Assembly: GCF_004010195.1 (NCBI RefSeq)
Contig: NC_057719.1
Span: 86,701,446-86,765,445 of the forward strand
Direction of reading: 5' to 3'
From: Chiloscyllium plagiosum
Taxonomy: Eukaryota
DNA: 64,000 nucleotides
Shown here: positions 25,661-38,426 of the stretch, piece by piece
How positions within the stretch are numbered: position 1 is the first letter of the stretch
How the letters are laid out: every line of letters starts with the position of its first letter
Program-made: the position numbers and the translations under genes
Notes under the pieces: generated by a model
Database searches by the model: none
Seen by the model: the letters and a program-made list of their open reading frames with translations, nothing else
What the model was told of the DNA's origin: nothing

Positions 25661-26779
25661 TTATGAGGATGGGGTGAAAGCAGTTTGTCAATGCCTACTG
25701 CCATTTTAACACATCAGGTACACAAAATTGATAATTTTAATGCTGATTGTTTTTCTCCACCCACTTGTACTCAGGTTTCCCTCCTAAAAGCACCAACTCA
25801 TGCTTCACTTGAATGTATGCTGGGTACTTCCTTAAATCTTCAATTAATTTATTTTTCTTTGGGAAAGGTTTTCCAATTTAAAAAATACCATATAAATTCA
25901 TATTGGTGTGCATAAGTTTGGTTCAACAGTAGTACTGTTGCTCCTGAATATGGCAGAATACTTGAGTACACAACTTGTGCCATTACTTCACTGCACAACA
26001 CAAAAGAAAATTGAGATATTTTTTTCTACAACATTAAATGAAGACCTTGTCAATTCTCAACACTGATCTATGTGCAGCAGAACTTTGTGCCCAGGCTAAA
26101 ATTATTCCAAATTTGCAGTATAATGAGGAGAGCAAAAGTGTGAATCAAGTTGGACAGTTCCTTCAAAGACCAGTGTAAACATGATGAGCTGAACAGCCAT
26201 TGTAGCATATGTTTCTATTCATTCCAAAACCAACTTCACAAAATCAACTATTAACTAGACAATTATGATAATGCTATGACTGCCTGCCTAACAATCACCA
26301 TTATATTTTAAAAGTATTGTCTGCAAAATGAGCTGGTACAATCGTATGATGTGAAAGATATATTAAAAAAATGGAGAAACCAGAGACACAAACGGAACAA
26401 TATGTTGATATGGTTAGACAAACTGGATGGGAGGAAGCTTGTGTGGAGCATAAACACAGCTGAGTCAAAAAGCACACTTTGTGCTGTACATTCTATATAA
26501 TTCTATGTTGTACCTATACAACAAATGGGGAGTCAAACTTTAACTCAGAGTGAAACTAATTAACAATTTAGGTTCATCAGTAATTCTGTCTGAGCAACTC
26601 TCCCACTGAGAGGAGAATGGAAATATAGTAAAAATAATTGACTCTTGCGCCAACTTTATTTTTGAAACAGGGCACTGTGATCAGACACATTTTAAAACCA
26701 GTGTTTTACATATGAAGAGACAGTGTTCCAAGAGATTGTGCAGGGGACAGTTCAGAATTTTGTTGCACAAGTTAGGTAC

Positions 26780-26940
26780 CTTGATGACAGCTCCAAAGGC
26801 ACCTTCCCCCAGAAGCTGCAGCTCCTCAAACTCATTGTAATAACGCGATAGCTGCTTCTGGGTGTCTGTGTAAAGAGACGCAGTGAGGATCTGGCTGTTT
26901 GGGATAACAGTTTCTGCACAATCTGTTCCACCTGCTGAAT
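26780..26940 (-). CDS. EIF2AK4: GCN2 exon 11 (kinase start): DSAGGTDCAETVIP...SRYYNEFEELQLLGEGAFGAVIK
   Basis: tcaccag|AT...AAG|gtacct; 161 nt; glycine-rich loop. Confidence 0.96.
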
Positions 26941-27449
26941 CTGGTGACAGGAAAATGAGCCCCATTAGTGAGGTGTACATAACAAATGGGAATGAAAAAT
27001 AAAGTGGAATTTTATACAGTTCATTATACAGTTACAGCTTCCTCTCATTTAGCAATCCTAATGTGCTCCTAAACAACAATCTGCTAAAGGAAAACAATTT
27101 TTCTACAAGAAAATTTGGATTAAAGATGGGTAATGTTCCTGACCTGCAATTTTTATATTAAAAACCTATTGTCTTCCCTGATCCAAAAACATCTTCTTAC
27201 TAACTCCTGACAACTTGTTAGCTCTAAAGTTTCTCCTGGCTTGCCACCTCTCCCCCTTGCTTTTTCCCCTCAATGACGTGCCCATTGTCACTTCTTTTGC
27301 TCATCCTTTCCCTGCTGAACATAACTGCTCACTGCCTATCCTGCTTGCCAGCTCTCCACTCTGACCTCCCCACATAAACCTTCCAATTCACCAGTTTCCA
27401 CTGCTACTCCTACTCTCAAGCAGTCGCAAGGATCAGCAAAAGGAATTAA

Positions 27450-30070
27450 ACGGTTTAAAATTTATACAATTGATTTAAACGAAGAAACGGAAGGCATTGA
27501 TGCCACATCTGCCGACAATACAAAGATAGCTAGGAAAGCAACTTGTGAAGAGGACACAAGGAGGTGACAAAAAGATACTGGACATCGAGCGAGTTGGAAA
27601 GGATGTGTTAAATATATCATCACTAAATTATTAATTCAGAAACTCAACTAATATTCTAGGGACCTGGGTTCAAATCCTGCCACATTAGTGGAATTTGAAT
27701 TAAATTAGAAAGAAATCTGGAATTACGAAATCTATGGATAACCATGAAACCCATTGCTGATTATGAGAAAAACCCATCTGGCTCACTCGTGTCCTTCAGG
27801 GAAGAAAATCTGCCATCCTCACCTCATCTGGCCTACGTGTGACTCCAGACACACAATAGTAGGGCTGACTCTCAACTGTCCTCTGAAATTGCCCAGCAAG
27901 CCACTCAGTTCAAAGGCATCTAAGGAGTGACAATAAATTCTGGCCAGCCAATGACAACCAGTTCCCACAAGTGAATTAAAAAAATACTATTTGGAAACTC
28001 AGATTTTGACAAGTAGTGTAAAAAAGCATATTATCCAAATGGTAAGAGATTGCAGAGTTCAGATGCAGAATATTCTGGGTGCCCTCAAACATGAATTGCC
28101 AAAGGTTATTATGCAGGTCAAGTAACTCAGAATGCTAATAGAATGTTATCATTTATCACAAGGGGAATTGAATATAAATGCAGGGAATACAAAGGAGAAT
28201 AGAATGGGAGTGTTGCAATATTAATCAAGGAATAGCAGTGAGGAGGAGCGATATCTTGAAAGTATCATCACATGAAGCCATATGGATAGAAATTAAATCC
28301 ACAAAAAAGCAAGCATGCTGTTGGGTGTGTAGTATAGACACCCAAACAATCAGACAGAGAATCAAATATGTAATCACATTTCTCTCAGAGAAGTGTAGGA
28401 ATAATATTGCAGAAATAGTAGGGGATTTTAACTGTCTAAATAACAACTGGGATAGTTCTAGCGTGTAGGGTAGGAAGGGAACAAGATTCTTAAATCGCAT
28501 CCAGGAAAACTGGGATGGAGGAAGGTGGAATAGTACTCAATAGTAGGAAAGAAGATACTGACTTTAACTCAGTTAAATTTAGGATACTTATGGAAAAGGC
28601 GAAGGATGGGACGGGAATAAAAGTTCTAAACCAGGAAGGGCTAAACTTACTAAGCCGAGATACAATTTGACCCAAGTGGACTGGGTGCAACTGCATGCAG
28701 ATGTAACTGCAAATAGCTGTGGGAGGCATTTATGAAGAAAATAGCAAGAGTACTGGACAAGTATATTCCTGTAAAGGCAAAGATTACGACCAAGACTAGA
28801 AAACTCTAGATGTCAAGAAACAAAGATGAGGATTAAGAAAAAAAAAGAGTTTATGGCTTGACTATGGCAGAATCTCAAGACTACTATTAAAAAGTCCAAG
28901 GGAGAACATAAGAAGATATATTGGCATATAGAATATAAGTAAACTCGAAGAAAATTTTAAATAAACAAAAAGCAAGAGAATAACTTGGGAAGGGCAGGCC
29001 CCATTATCCTGTATGCAAGCGGACCTGGAAGATATGGACACAATCCATAACTTAGTACTGTGCATGGTCTTCGCAACGAGAAAGGAAAATGCAGTAGACA
29101 CACTAGGGCAGAGTACTGAAAAATATCAGAAAAAATTAAACAGAGAGGGAATGGGCATTATTTTTCTTGCAGCAACGAAGGTTAAGATGAGCCTGACAGT
29201 TGTATAAAATAATGAGGAGTATAATCCATTTACATTAATTGGGGGTCTGGATTTAACTTAAGATGTAGAATACAAAGAAAAGGGTTGAGGCAAAATCTTT
29301 TCTTTCAGAGGGTGCTCCAGAGGGAGTCTGGAACTCACTGCCTGAAAGGGTGGTTGGATCAAAAACACTTGCAAAACTTAAGCAGTATTTAAAATTCAAC
29401 TGGTGTTGTTATAGCTTCCAAGGCTGTGGGCCAAAAACTGGAAAATAGGATTAGTTCAGACAGATTTTTTTTTTACTGATCGGCGCATACATGACCTCCT
29501 TCTGTGCTGTAAACATTTTTGAGTCTTTGAAGTTATGTTTCAGTTACACTGGGCACTTGTGAGACTGTAATGAAGTATTGTGCACGGTTTTGGTCTCCTT
29601 ATTTAAAGGAAGACGTAAATGTGTTGGAAGCTGTTCAGGGAAGGTTCACTAGACTAATACCTGGAATGGCCAGGTTGTCTTATGGGAAAAGGATAGACAG
29701 AGTAGGCTTGAAACCACTGGAGCTTAGAAGAGCAAAAGACAAATAGATTAAAGTATACAAAATCCTGAGCAGTCCTGACACTATGAACGTAGAAAATACA
29801 TTTCCGTTTATGAAGGAGTATAGAACTAGTGACAACTGCTTGAAAATCAGGGGTCATCCATTAAAAACAGCAATAAGTCAACATTTTTTCCTTCAAAGGG
29901 TCATGAGTCTTTGGAACACTGCTCTTGAAAAGGTGATGAAATATTACACAGGTAGATAGATTCTTGTTAAGGGGTTGAAAAGTTATAATCCTATCAGCCA
30001 GGATCTTATTGAATGGCAGAGGAAGCTTGTTGGGATGAACAACCTACTCCTGGTCCTAAATGATGCGTGT
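27450..30070 (+). mobile_element. Cluster of nested decayed CR1 fragments including endonuclease relics
   Basis: HEAIWIEI, IVGDFN (APE domain); RT C-terminal relics at 29560-30060. Confidence 0.7.
27620..27985 (+). mobile_element. Second tRNA-derived SINE family
   Basis: B-box GGTTCAAATCC and shared body gaaaatctgccatcctcacct..ctggcctacgtgtgactccagac. Confidence 0.75.
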
Positions 30071-30618
30071 GTAGAGGGATTACTAGAGAATGTGAGTGAG
30101 AGTAACCATACAGAAACAAATTGGACGCAGCACTATACAGGGAACATGCCCAATTTACCAACTGTGCTAAAATGAAACCCTAATTAGAATGCCTGAATAA
30201 TCAAAAGGTAGGAATACGAAATGTTCCTTGTTCTGGAGTAATGCAGTGTTTAGGAAATGTAACATAAAACCTAAAATCTGACCCTCTAAAATCCCAAGTG
30301 GTATAAAATGCCAACATTAGTAATGAAGAATGAATCACTTAGTGCTTCAAAACAAATGTAAAACATATGATTCAGGTAATTAGTAATCAAGGAAGATAGT
30401 AGGAAAACATCCAAAATGTTACAATAATCAACAAGATAATCAATAAAATCCAAGCTATTCATAAAAATGAAATGTCTTTACAAAAGAGCTAGTGTACTAG
30501 ATCAGAGAACTTGGAAGAACTGAAAGCTCTTCATGGCTAATGATTTTGCTGACACTCGCCACTTTATGGTGGGTAAGGGAAAACTTCTAATGTGGTGTAC
30601 TGGTGGTAGACCTCTCAC

Positions 30619-30734
30619 CTTCTCGACTGTCTTCATTGCAGGTCGATGGTGAAGGTACCAGTTGGGGCTTCACAAAGGAATGTTCAAGCAGCTGCTGAGG
30701 ACTCCAACGTGCCTTATCCTCCAAGCACACACAT
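30619..30734 (-). CDS. EIF2AK4: GCN2 exon 10: CVCLEDKARWSPQQLLEHSFVKPQ...EDSRE
   Basis: ttgtag|A TGT...GAA G|gtgaga; 116 nt. Confidence 0.95.
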
Positions 30735-32792
30735 CTACAACAAATGTCAACGTTAGAAACATCATCTGACAAAAGTTACATTGTGAGTTACTCCATGACC
30801 AACAACCGCCCACAGCTTTATTAGTTTACTCAATTAGATGCTTTATTTTGAACTAAACCACTATCCTCAACAGATCAATGAGGCTGGGGTGAGGTCAGAA
30901 TAAGAGGATCTTAAGGAAAATTATATTCTATTTGGTCAATGCTTAAATTATTTCGATAGTTGAATACACATAGTCTGTATACATGGAATATTTAGTTGAG
31001 GACAATGCACTGAGATGAACTAGGCACTGCCTGACATTTTGGAGAGCCAATGAATTGCAGCCTTTATGTTCCCACTCAGTTGTACCGTGACTGGGAGAAA
31101 ACTGCATAATTAATTCTACCCAAAGGGACTTCCAGTCACTGTAAGGAGATAGAGATACACACACTAAATCAGGTGTGAAACTGAAGGACTGAAAACAGTC
31201 GAGGTATATCCATACTGAGAATTGGTCTTGAATAAGGGCATCAAACCATGTTTGTCTGTCTTTTCGTTTAAGAGGTCACACAAGGTATTCAAGGTTCCTA
31301 AGGGGAATGATTCGAACTTCAAGTGTCTAAGTCACAACGAAGTTTTTAAGAAAATTGTATTGGTAAATATAGGAAATCTTTCATATATTCACCCAACTTG
31401 TGAAGCTCCCTTAATAGAATTATCCAAACTAAATGGCTGCACAAAGAAAGCACTATTACAGATACAGCAATGAGTGGCAATTTGTTTACATGAATTGAAT
31501 GAAAGAAACATCCATTTCCCACATAAAACACCTTTTTTTAAGGGGACTTAAGTTTTTTTAAAGCGTTGGTTTCCTTCCTGAAGAACATTTGTATTGAGAC
31601 AACGGAGAGATGAAGATGCAGCGCTCATTTTAATGTGCTAGAATTCTGATAGTTGTGTAACACAGAATAGATCAACATCTGGATATGGATTCTCACTTAA
31701 AAATCCCCCTGTACTAAGGTACCAACCTCAGCCATACTTGCAACAAAGCACCAAGGACAGGTCAACTGCTTCCCAAATAGAAAGGGACAAAGAAAGCCAA
31801 AGAGAGAAAATAACAGAGTTAGCCAGCACAACATAATCTACTTTGTGAAGGAACTGGATGTCTGATTTATACTCCAGCTGTTTTAGTGAATAGAGTTTTT
31901 TTTTTAAACTACCCATAAGCCAGTTATAAAGCTCCACTGTCACATGAAGGTATCAGTCTGAGAAACAGGGCATTTTCAACCCATGTCTAGTCATTAACAC
32001 ACTTCCTGCTTAGGTACAATCTAAAACTCCTATTCCCACAAACCAGAGAACATTAACCATATCTTGGAATCAATCCACCCGTTCAGCAAGAATGTTTTAA
32101 ATGGTGAGGACTGCCTGATAGGCAGGGAGTTCTTTTGCATATCTTAGCCAACATTAAAAACATAAGAAATAACTGTGGATGCTGGAAATCTGAAAATAAA
32201 ACAAAAACAGAAATCGTTAGAGAAACTCAGGAGATCTGGCAGTATCTGGGGAGAGAAGGTGGAGTTAACATTTCGTGTCTAATGACCCTTTTCAGAAAAA
32301 AAACATGATTAATTAATCTTTTACTGTATCACCATTTATGGAGCCTAACTGTGTGCAACTGACCTTCATGATTTGCTAAATCACAATCTACATTTTAAAA
32401 ATATTTGTGACTGTAATGTACCACCAAGACAACCTGTGTGAAAGGCACTATAAAAGTGTGAATTTCTTCTTTCATTCATATTTCTGGTAATACTCCAAAG
32501 TTTTCATTCACAAACCATTTCCCATTGTGCAAGGGATAACCACATTTTTTAAAAAAAAGAGAAATTAAAAGTAGCTATTTCATTATTTAGTTGATTTTAC
32601 ACAGAGCTTTTTTTTATTACTTAGTTGGACCATGAGGTTGGAAACTGATGCACTTGCAATATTGGTCCTGTTGTGACAGAATTGTGTGTAAGCACTAGGC
32701 ACTAGTTAGGAAATAACAGTCTCACCTCTAACAGAATCTCAAGATATAGAACCCATAGACCATGTATAGCAGAATCAGAGTCTGCAACTTAC

Positions 32793-33328
32793 TTGTTGAG
32801 GAAATCCTGAAAGTCGTTGGGCAGATTGTTTGGCACAGTTATTGGGTATTCTTTTACAACACTGCCCTGGCTGAGAGCCAGCAGAAGGAGGCCCAGCCTC
32901 CATACATCCCCCTTTTTACCACTCTTGTAAGGCAGAGCATTCTCACTGAATCGTACTTTAGTCTGTTCAAACACATCCTCTTTACAAATGTCAGCCAGCC
33001 GCCTAGAGATGCTGTAATCTGTCAACTTCACGTTGCCTTCCCCATCTACCAGAACACTTGAGGCACTAAGGACCTTATGTACCACAGAGTTATTATGGAG
33101 GTAGTCCAAGGCTGCCAAGAGCTGTGCTGCATAGTGCTGGAGTCGCTCAACTGCAACACGTGTCCCTTTGTTCAGAGCATCCGAGAGGCTGGAACCATTA
33201 ACATACTCGACAAGAAGGTTGACCAAAATGGAGTTCTCCTTCTCTTTGCAGCACATTGTCATGTAACGCACCAGGTTAGAGTGGCTCAGTTTCAACAAAG
33301 AGTTAAATTCACTTTCTGCACCTTGGAT
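32793..33328 (-). CDS. EIF2AK4: GCN2 exon 9 (pseudokinase): IQGAESEFNSLLKLSHSNLVRY...DFQDFLN
   Basis: ttctag|ATC...AAC AA|gtaagt; 536 nt; overlaps ORF 32789..33298; HKV and TDY replace HRD and DFG as expected for the pseudokinase. Confidence 0.97.
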
Positions 33329-33954
33329 CTAGAAAAACAGAAGCAGAAATTCAGTCATGTCTCCTGACAGCATCCCTCTGGGTTGGGATATGTGCTGTAG
33401 AAACGTGGTTGTTACGGTATTGAAGGAAAAACACAGAAATCACAAGTACAAATCCCACCAATGGCAAATTATGAAGTTTGTAGAAATCACCATGAAAGTT
33501 CCTAGATTGTCACAACCACCAATCTGTTCTTTCTCAAAGCCTTTGGAATAAGTCCCTCAACAACTCAGTCTGACCTAGACTAAGCCAGTCCCAAATAATA
33601 TGGTCACTCTTAAAATGCTCTGAGGACAGGCAAGGAGAAAGCAAATATTCCAATTGCTCTGGTGAGTGAACGGGTGAGATCAAAATCTGAGGCACACACC
33701 CATCCAGCAGCAAGAGAAAAATGATAAAACACAAACTTTCCATATTAGTTTTTATTGGATACAAATGCTACAACAAAGCTGTGCTCAAACACATTTATTG
33801 CCACCAAAGACCTGCTAAACACCTTGCCATTATCTGAAGGGGAATGACCACAGTGGACTATAAAAATGGACTTCAAATAAATAAGATTTACTTCAATGTA
33901 TTTACTTCAAGCTGAAATTTAGAATGGGGAATTTTATTTTGAAGGCATCAAGAG

Positions 33955-34290
33955 GGGAGCTGATGATGTAGTGTTAATGTGAAACACTAGTAATCCAGGA
34001 TTCCACTATAACAGCCTCGGGACAGGAGTTCAAATCCCACTATGGCAAAAAAAAACTGAAATTAATGGCGACTGTAACATGTGTCATAAAAAAAACCCAT
34101 CTGATTTATGAATAACCTATGGGGAAGGAAATCTGTCATGCTTACTTGGTCTGGTCTACATTCGATGCCAGACCCACAGGAATGTGGTTGACTCTTAGCT
34201 GCCCTCTGAAATAGTTAATCAGTACTCGAGCAATTGGAGATGGTCAACAAATCTCAGCCTTGCTAGCATACCCACATACCATATAATAAT
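33955..34290 (+). mobile_element. Second SINE family copy
   Basis: Homologous to 27620-27985 and 55287-55628. Confidence 0.75.
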
Positions 34291-34484
34291 AGTGAACATC
34301 ACAAATGGTAAGTGCAGAAATTGATAGTATTGCTCCAGTTACCACTTCAGAATATTACTTCAGGATAAATTTATCCATTTTTCACATCAGACATCATCAG
34401 ACTGATCAGACTAGTGGTAATTCACAGTACTCTAGATCATGCAAACAAAATTCACAGATTTCCTGTTCAAACAGGCATAAATAC

Positions 34485-34642
34485 CTGCTTTCTGCATTTC
34501 TCGACTTTGTCCTTCTCCTCACTAGTGAGGAACTTGCCCATTTTTTTCTGCCACTGAAGAACCCATTCATAGATTACCACAAAATTTCCTGTCAATTCTT
34601 CCAAGCCATAGTAGACTGACCGGTTCAACTGCTCGTTCTCAC
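34485..34642 (-). CDS. EIF2AK4: GCN2 exon 8 (pseudokinase): GENEQLNRSVYYGLEELTGNFVVIYEWVLQWQKKMGKFL...KCRKQ
   Basis: tgacag|GT...CAG|gtattt; 158 nt; YEWVLQWQKKMG motif. Confidence 0.96.
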
Positions 34643-34784
34643 CTGTCACAAGACAACAAATGAGAAATTTTCCTCTCACCTCTTAATTTACTACCATACC
34701 AACCAAATCCAGAACCAAGGGTCAACAATCAAATGTTCAAATATCACTGAGCAAGTATAATAGTCAGCTAAAATTGTTCCTCAC

Positions 34785-34900
34785 CGATAAGTTTTCCCCT
34801 GTGTACGGTGAACCCTCCAGTTGATCCCATGTTGAAATTTATAAGCTTGTATGGTTGGGCACTGTCCTCATTGCTACATACAGAAAGTTGCCGTTCTCGC
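34785..34900 (-). CDS. EIF2AK4: GCN2 exon 7: RERQLSVCSNEDSAQPYKLINFNMGSTGGFTVHRGKLI
   Basis: cacttgcag|G CGA...ATC G|gtgagg; 116 nt. Confidence 0.93.
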
Positions 34901-36144
34901 CTGCAAGTGCAAAAACATTTTCCATTACAAAGTTTATCATCAATAGAACTACATTGTGACTTGAATCAATCAATTTTGTACAGCACTTTTGCAAGACAGA
35001 TGAATATGTTAACTTCAATTAAAACAAGCCCAACTTAAAATGTGGATCTAACCAAGTGGCCTAATAGGTGCGATGGGTAGACACATTCTAGACAGAGTGA
35101 TCAAGAAATTAGTATGAATTCTACTTGCATTTCAGGACTAAATCTGGCAAACATTGCCAATTTCTGAATAGGAGGTCTGTACCCAATCCATACTGTGTCA
35201 AGTTAAAACCTATTTGTACAAAATCGTTACTGCGATTGCTCTTAAGTCTACCGCAGTAGTGAGACCCGACAACATAGGCCAGGCTAAAGAAAACGATTAT
35301 AGCTTCACTGACTCAAACATATCCTTGGAATTTCACGACAGGGACAAGATTCCTAACTGAGATATGCTGCAGCATGCTGATTCGATCAGGGTACACTCAT
35401 TGCTAAGCCAATGATGCCTGCAGTGGCTTGGCCATATTCACTGGATGGATGCTGATCTGGACAGTGAACTGGTCACTTGCCACAACCTCTTGGGCTGCTA
35501 CATCTCTGCTACAAGAACATCTGAAAGTGAGCTATTAAGGTGGCAAACACTATCTGCCGTGCTGGAGGCACAGTTTGGAGGGGCTTTAAAAAGGCAACCA
35601 GAAACAAAAAGCTCAGCTGCTGAGAAGAGTGTCCAGAGAGAAAAGAAATAAAGAGGCCAGTGAATTGTGCTTGTGCCCTCTCAGCCTACAGTCTTCCTCT
35701 GCAGTAAATGTGGCAGAAATTGCCATGGGGCTCCTTAGCACCACCAAGTGATGTTTAACAGAGTCTATCAACACAGTGCAAGCCATCATCTTATGATATA
35801 GAAGGGTGCTGCAAGATGAAGAACGAGAGAGATGGATATCTAAGTTCCCCAATGATACTGAGTTAGGTAGCACAGTAAAAACTGCATATGGGAGCAAAAA
35901 ATTACAATAAGACAACGATAAATTAAGGGCAAAAGACAGTAACAGTTGGAGTTAAACATGAGGAAGTACAAGATCATCCATTTTGAATGCAAGAGAAATA
36001 GATCAGAAATAAAAACACAGTGCGACAGAAACTCTAAGTCTGGTAACATCTGTGGAGAAAGAAACTGGCTTAACATTTCAAGCCTGATATGACTCTTCTT
36101 CAGAAATACATCAGTTTATTTTATAAACATTACTAGCAGTACAG

Positions 36145-36452
36145 CAAGGGTCTTTTCCCTCGGGTGGGAGAGTTCAAAACTAAAGGGCACATTTTAAGGC
36201 GAGAGGAGAAAGTTTTAAAAAGGATACATGGGGCAATGTCTTTTTTAAACACAGTGGTTCACGTGTGGAATGAACTGCCAGAGGAAGTGGCAGATGTAGA
36301 TACAGTTACAACATTTAAAAGACATTTGGATAAGTACATGAATAGAAAAGATTTGGAGGGATATGGGCCAAGCGCTGGCAAGTGGGCCTAATTTACTGTG
36401 GGAACATGGTCAGTGTGGACTGGTTGGATCAAAGGGCTGTATGACTCTATGA
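36145..36452 (+). mobile_element. CR1 LINE 3' end
   Basis: VWNELPEEV...FKRHLDKYM; tail tatgactctatgac. Confidence 0.85.
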
Positions 36453-36774
36453 CTTAGACCCTTGGGCCTACTCCGCTACTTACTAAGATCATGGCTGATC
36501 TGGTTACTCCACATTCTTGCCTATCCCAACAACCTTTTACACCCTTCCTTATCAAGGATCCACCTACCACTGCCTTGGAAATATTCACCACCTTTTGAGG
36601 AAGCGAGTTCTGTGCTGTAGGCCTCTATAATTCTCTGACCCCATACAGTATCTTAGACTTTATTAACACAAGCATGTTGTACAGGAGAAAAGAAGTTATG
36701 CTGAATTTTTATAAGACACTACTTAGGCCTCAGCTGAAGGATGGTGTACAATTCTGGATACCACATTTCAGCAG

Positions 36775-37115
36775 GAGATGGAACAGTGGCAATGTCACTG
36801 GACTGGTAGCCAGGAGGCTGATGGTGATATCTAAATTCAATTACAAAAGTCTGGAATTAAAAATTAGTCTAATGGTGATTACACAACTATTGGTGATTGT
36901 TATAAAAACTCACCTGGTTCATTAATGTCCTTTAGAGAAGGAAATCTGCAATCCTTACTAGGGCTGGCCTAAATTGGACTCCAGATCCACTGCAAATCTA
37001 GTTGACTTTTAAATGCCCTCTGAAAGGGCCTAGCAACTTACTCAGTTCAATGACATCAGGACGAACAACAAATTCTGGCCTTGCCAGAGACATTCCCATA
37101 TTATACAAAAATAAA
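36775..37115 (+). mobile_element. Second SINE family copy
   Basis: Shared body gtcctttagagaaggaaatctgc...gactccaga. Confidence 0.7.
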
Positions 37116-37466
37116 ATGTATATAAATATCATGAGTGGGTCTTGTTTCCATTATAAGATGCACCTAGGGTATCTAAGGCAGTGGGCACCCCACTTCAGCC
37201 TAACAAGCTGTCTTAACACCAATCTCAACAGAATACCTCTTAAAGGGCCAACTTTGATATTTCCATTTTCCCTAGTCTTTCAAATGCAGAAGGAAACCAT
37301 ACACATCATGTTTTTTGAAAATCTCACTCAACATCCATAAATGGCACATTGAAAATGCTAATTTGTTAACGTGACTGATGAACTACTAGTGCATTAATTC
37401 AACTAGGTTCAACCTGCATTTGGCACCCAAGCTCCTGTTCCCTAAATTCTGCTACGAAATCCATAC

Positions 37467-37630
37467 TTTGAGCGGCCGTTGGAATTGGTTCGACGTTGGT
37501 TGTTCCCTCCCTTTTTGTGGTCAACTTGGTCCGCTGCATTTTCATTCGAGTTGGTAGGAGATTGCCTGTTTGAAGCAGGAATTTTAGAAGAATTTCCTGG
37601 AATGGTCACTTGTGCACTTTCCCGCCGCTC
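37467..37630 (-). CDS. EIF2AK4: GCN2 exon 6 (linker): ERRESAQVTIPG...RRTNSNGRS
   Basis: cttcccccag|GAG...TCA AA|gtatgg; 164 nt; phase 0 to 2; within ORF 37442..37750. Confidence 0.9.
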
Positions 37631-37796
37631 CTGGGGGAAGTGAAGAAAGAGAGAAAATAGAAGTGGAAAATTACACTTACAAACACACATCATTATGGCT
37701 TGGAGGGAAAAAGAGCCCGACTGGGATTCACTGAACCCCGATGGGAGCATTTAGTCATGGATGTCGGGCAAGGACAAGAATTAGCCACTACTATAC

Positions 37797-38179
37797 AGCG
37801 GCATGGTGGCTCAGTGGTTAGCAATGCTGCCTCAGAGTGCCAGGAACCCGGGTTCAATTCCAGCCTCGAATGTGTGGAGACATTCCCCTGTGTGGGTTTC
37901 CTCCAGGTGCTCCGGTTTCCTCCCACGCTCCAAAGATTTGCAGGTTAGGTGAAATAGCCAAGCTAAATTGCCCATAGTGTTCAGGGATGTGTTGGTTAGG
38001 TGTGTTAGTCAGACTCTGGATTAGTGGTGCTGGAAGAGCACAGCAGTTCAGGCAGCAGCTCAGTATTAGTCAGACTATATGTAGAGTAGTTGGGGAATGG
38101 GTCTGGGCGGGATACTCTTTGGACGGTCGGTATGGACTTGTTGAGCAGAAGGACCTGTTTCTACACTGTAGGGATTCTA
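37797..38179 (+). mobile_element. tRNA-derived SINE (HE1-like) with a 50-bp nested insertion
   Basis: A and B boxes (TGGCTCAGTGG, GGTTCAATTCC); same tail as the other copies. Confidence 0.85.
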
Positions 38180-38426
38180 AACAAAAATTCTATAATGCCC
38201 TCCCTCACAACCATCATTTGGTCTGCCAATCTCTTTAAACACCAGCCATTTCCCCTTGCCAAACCCCTTTATATTTCATATATATTGTTCCATAATTTTT
38301 TATCAATCCACACGTAAATGAATATTTTTAAGACTGAGTTAGCCCATCAGGAGAGTCAGAGTATATACAAAGTACAGAAAAAGTGGAGCTGTAGTCACTA
38401 TCAGATCAGTGATTTGAGGGGTTGAA

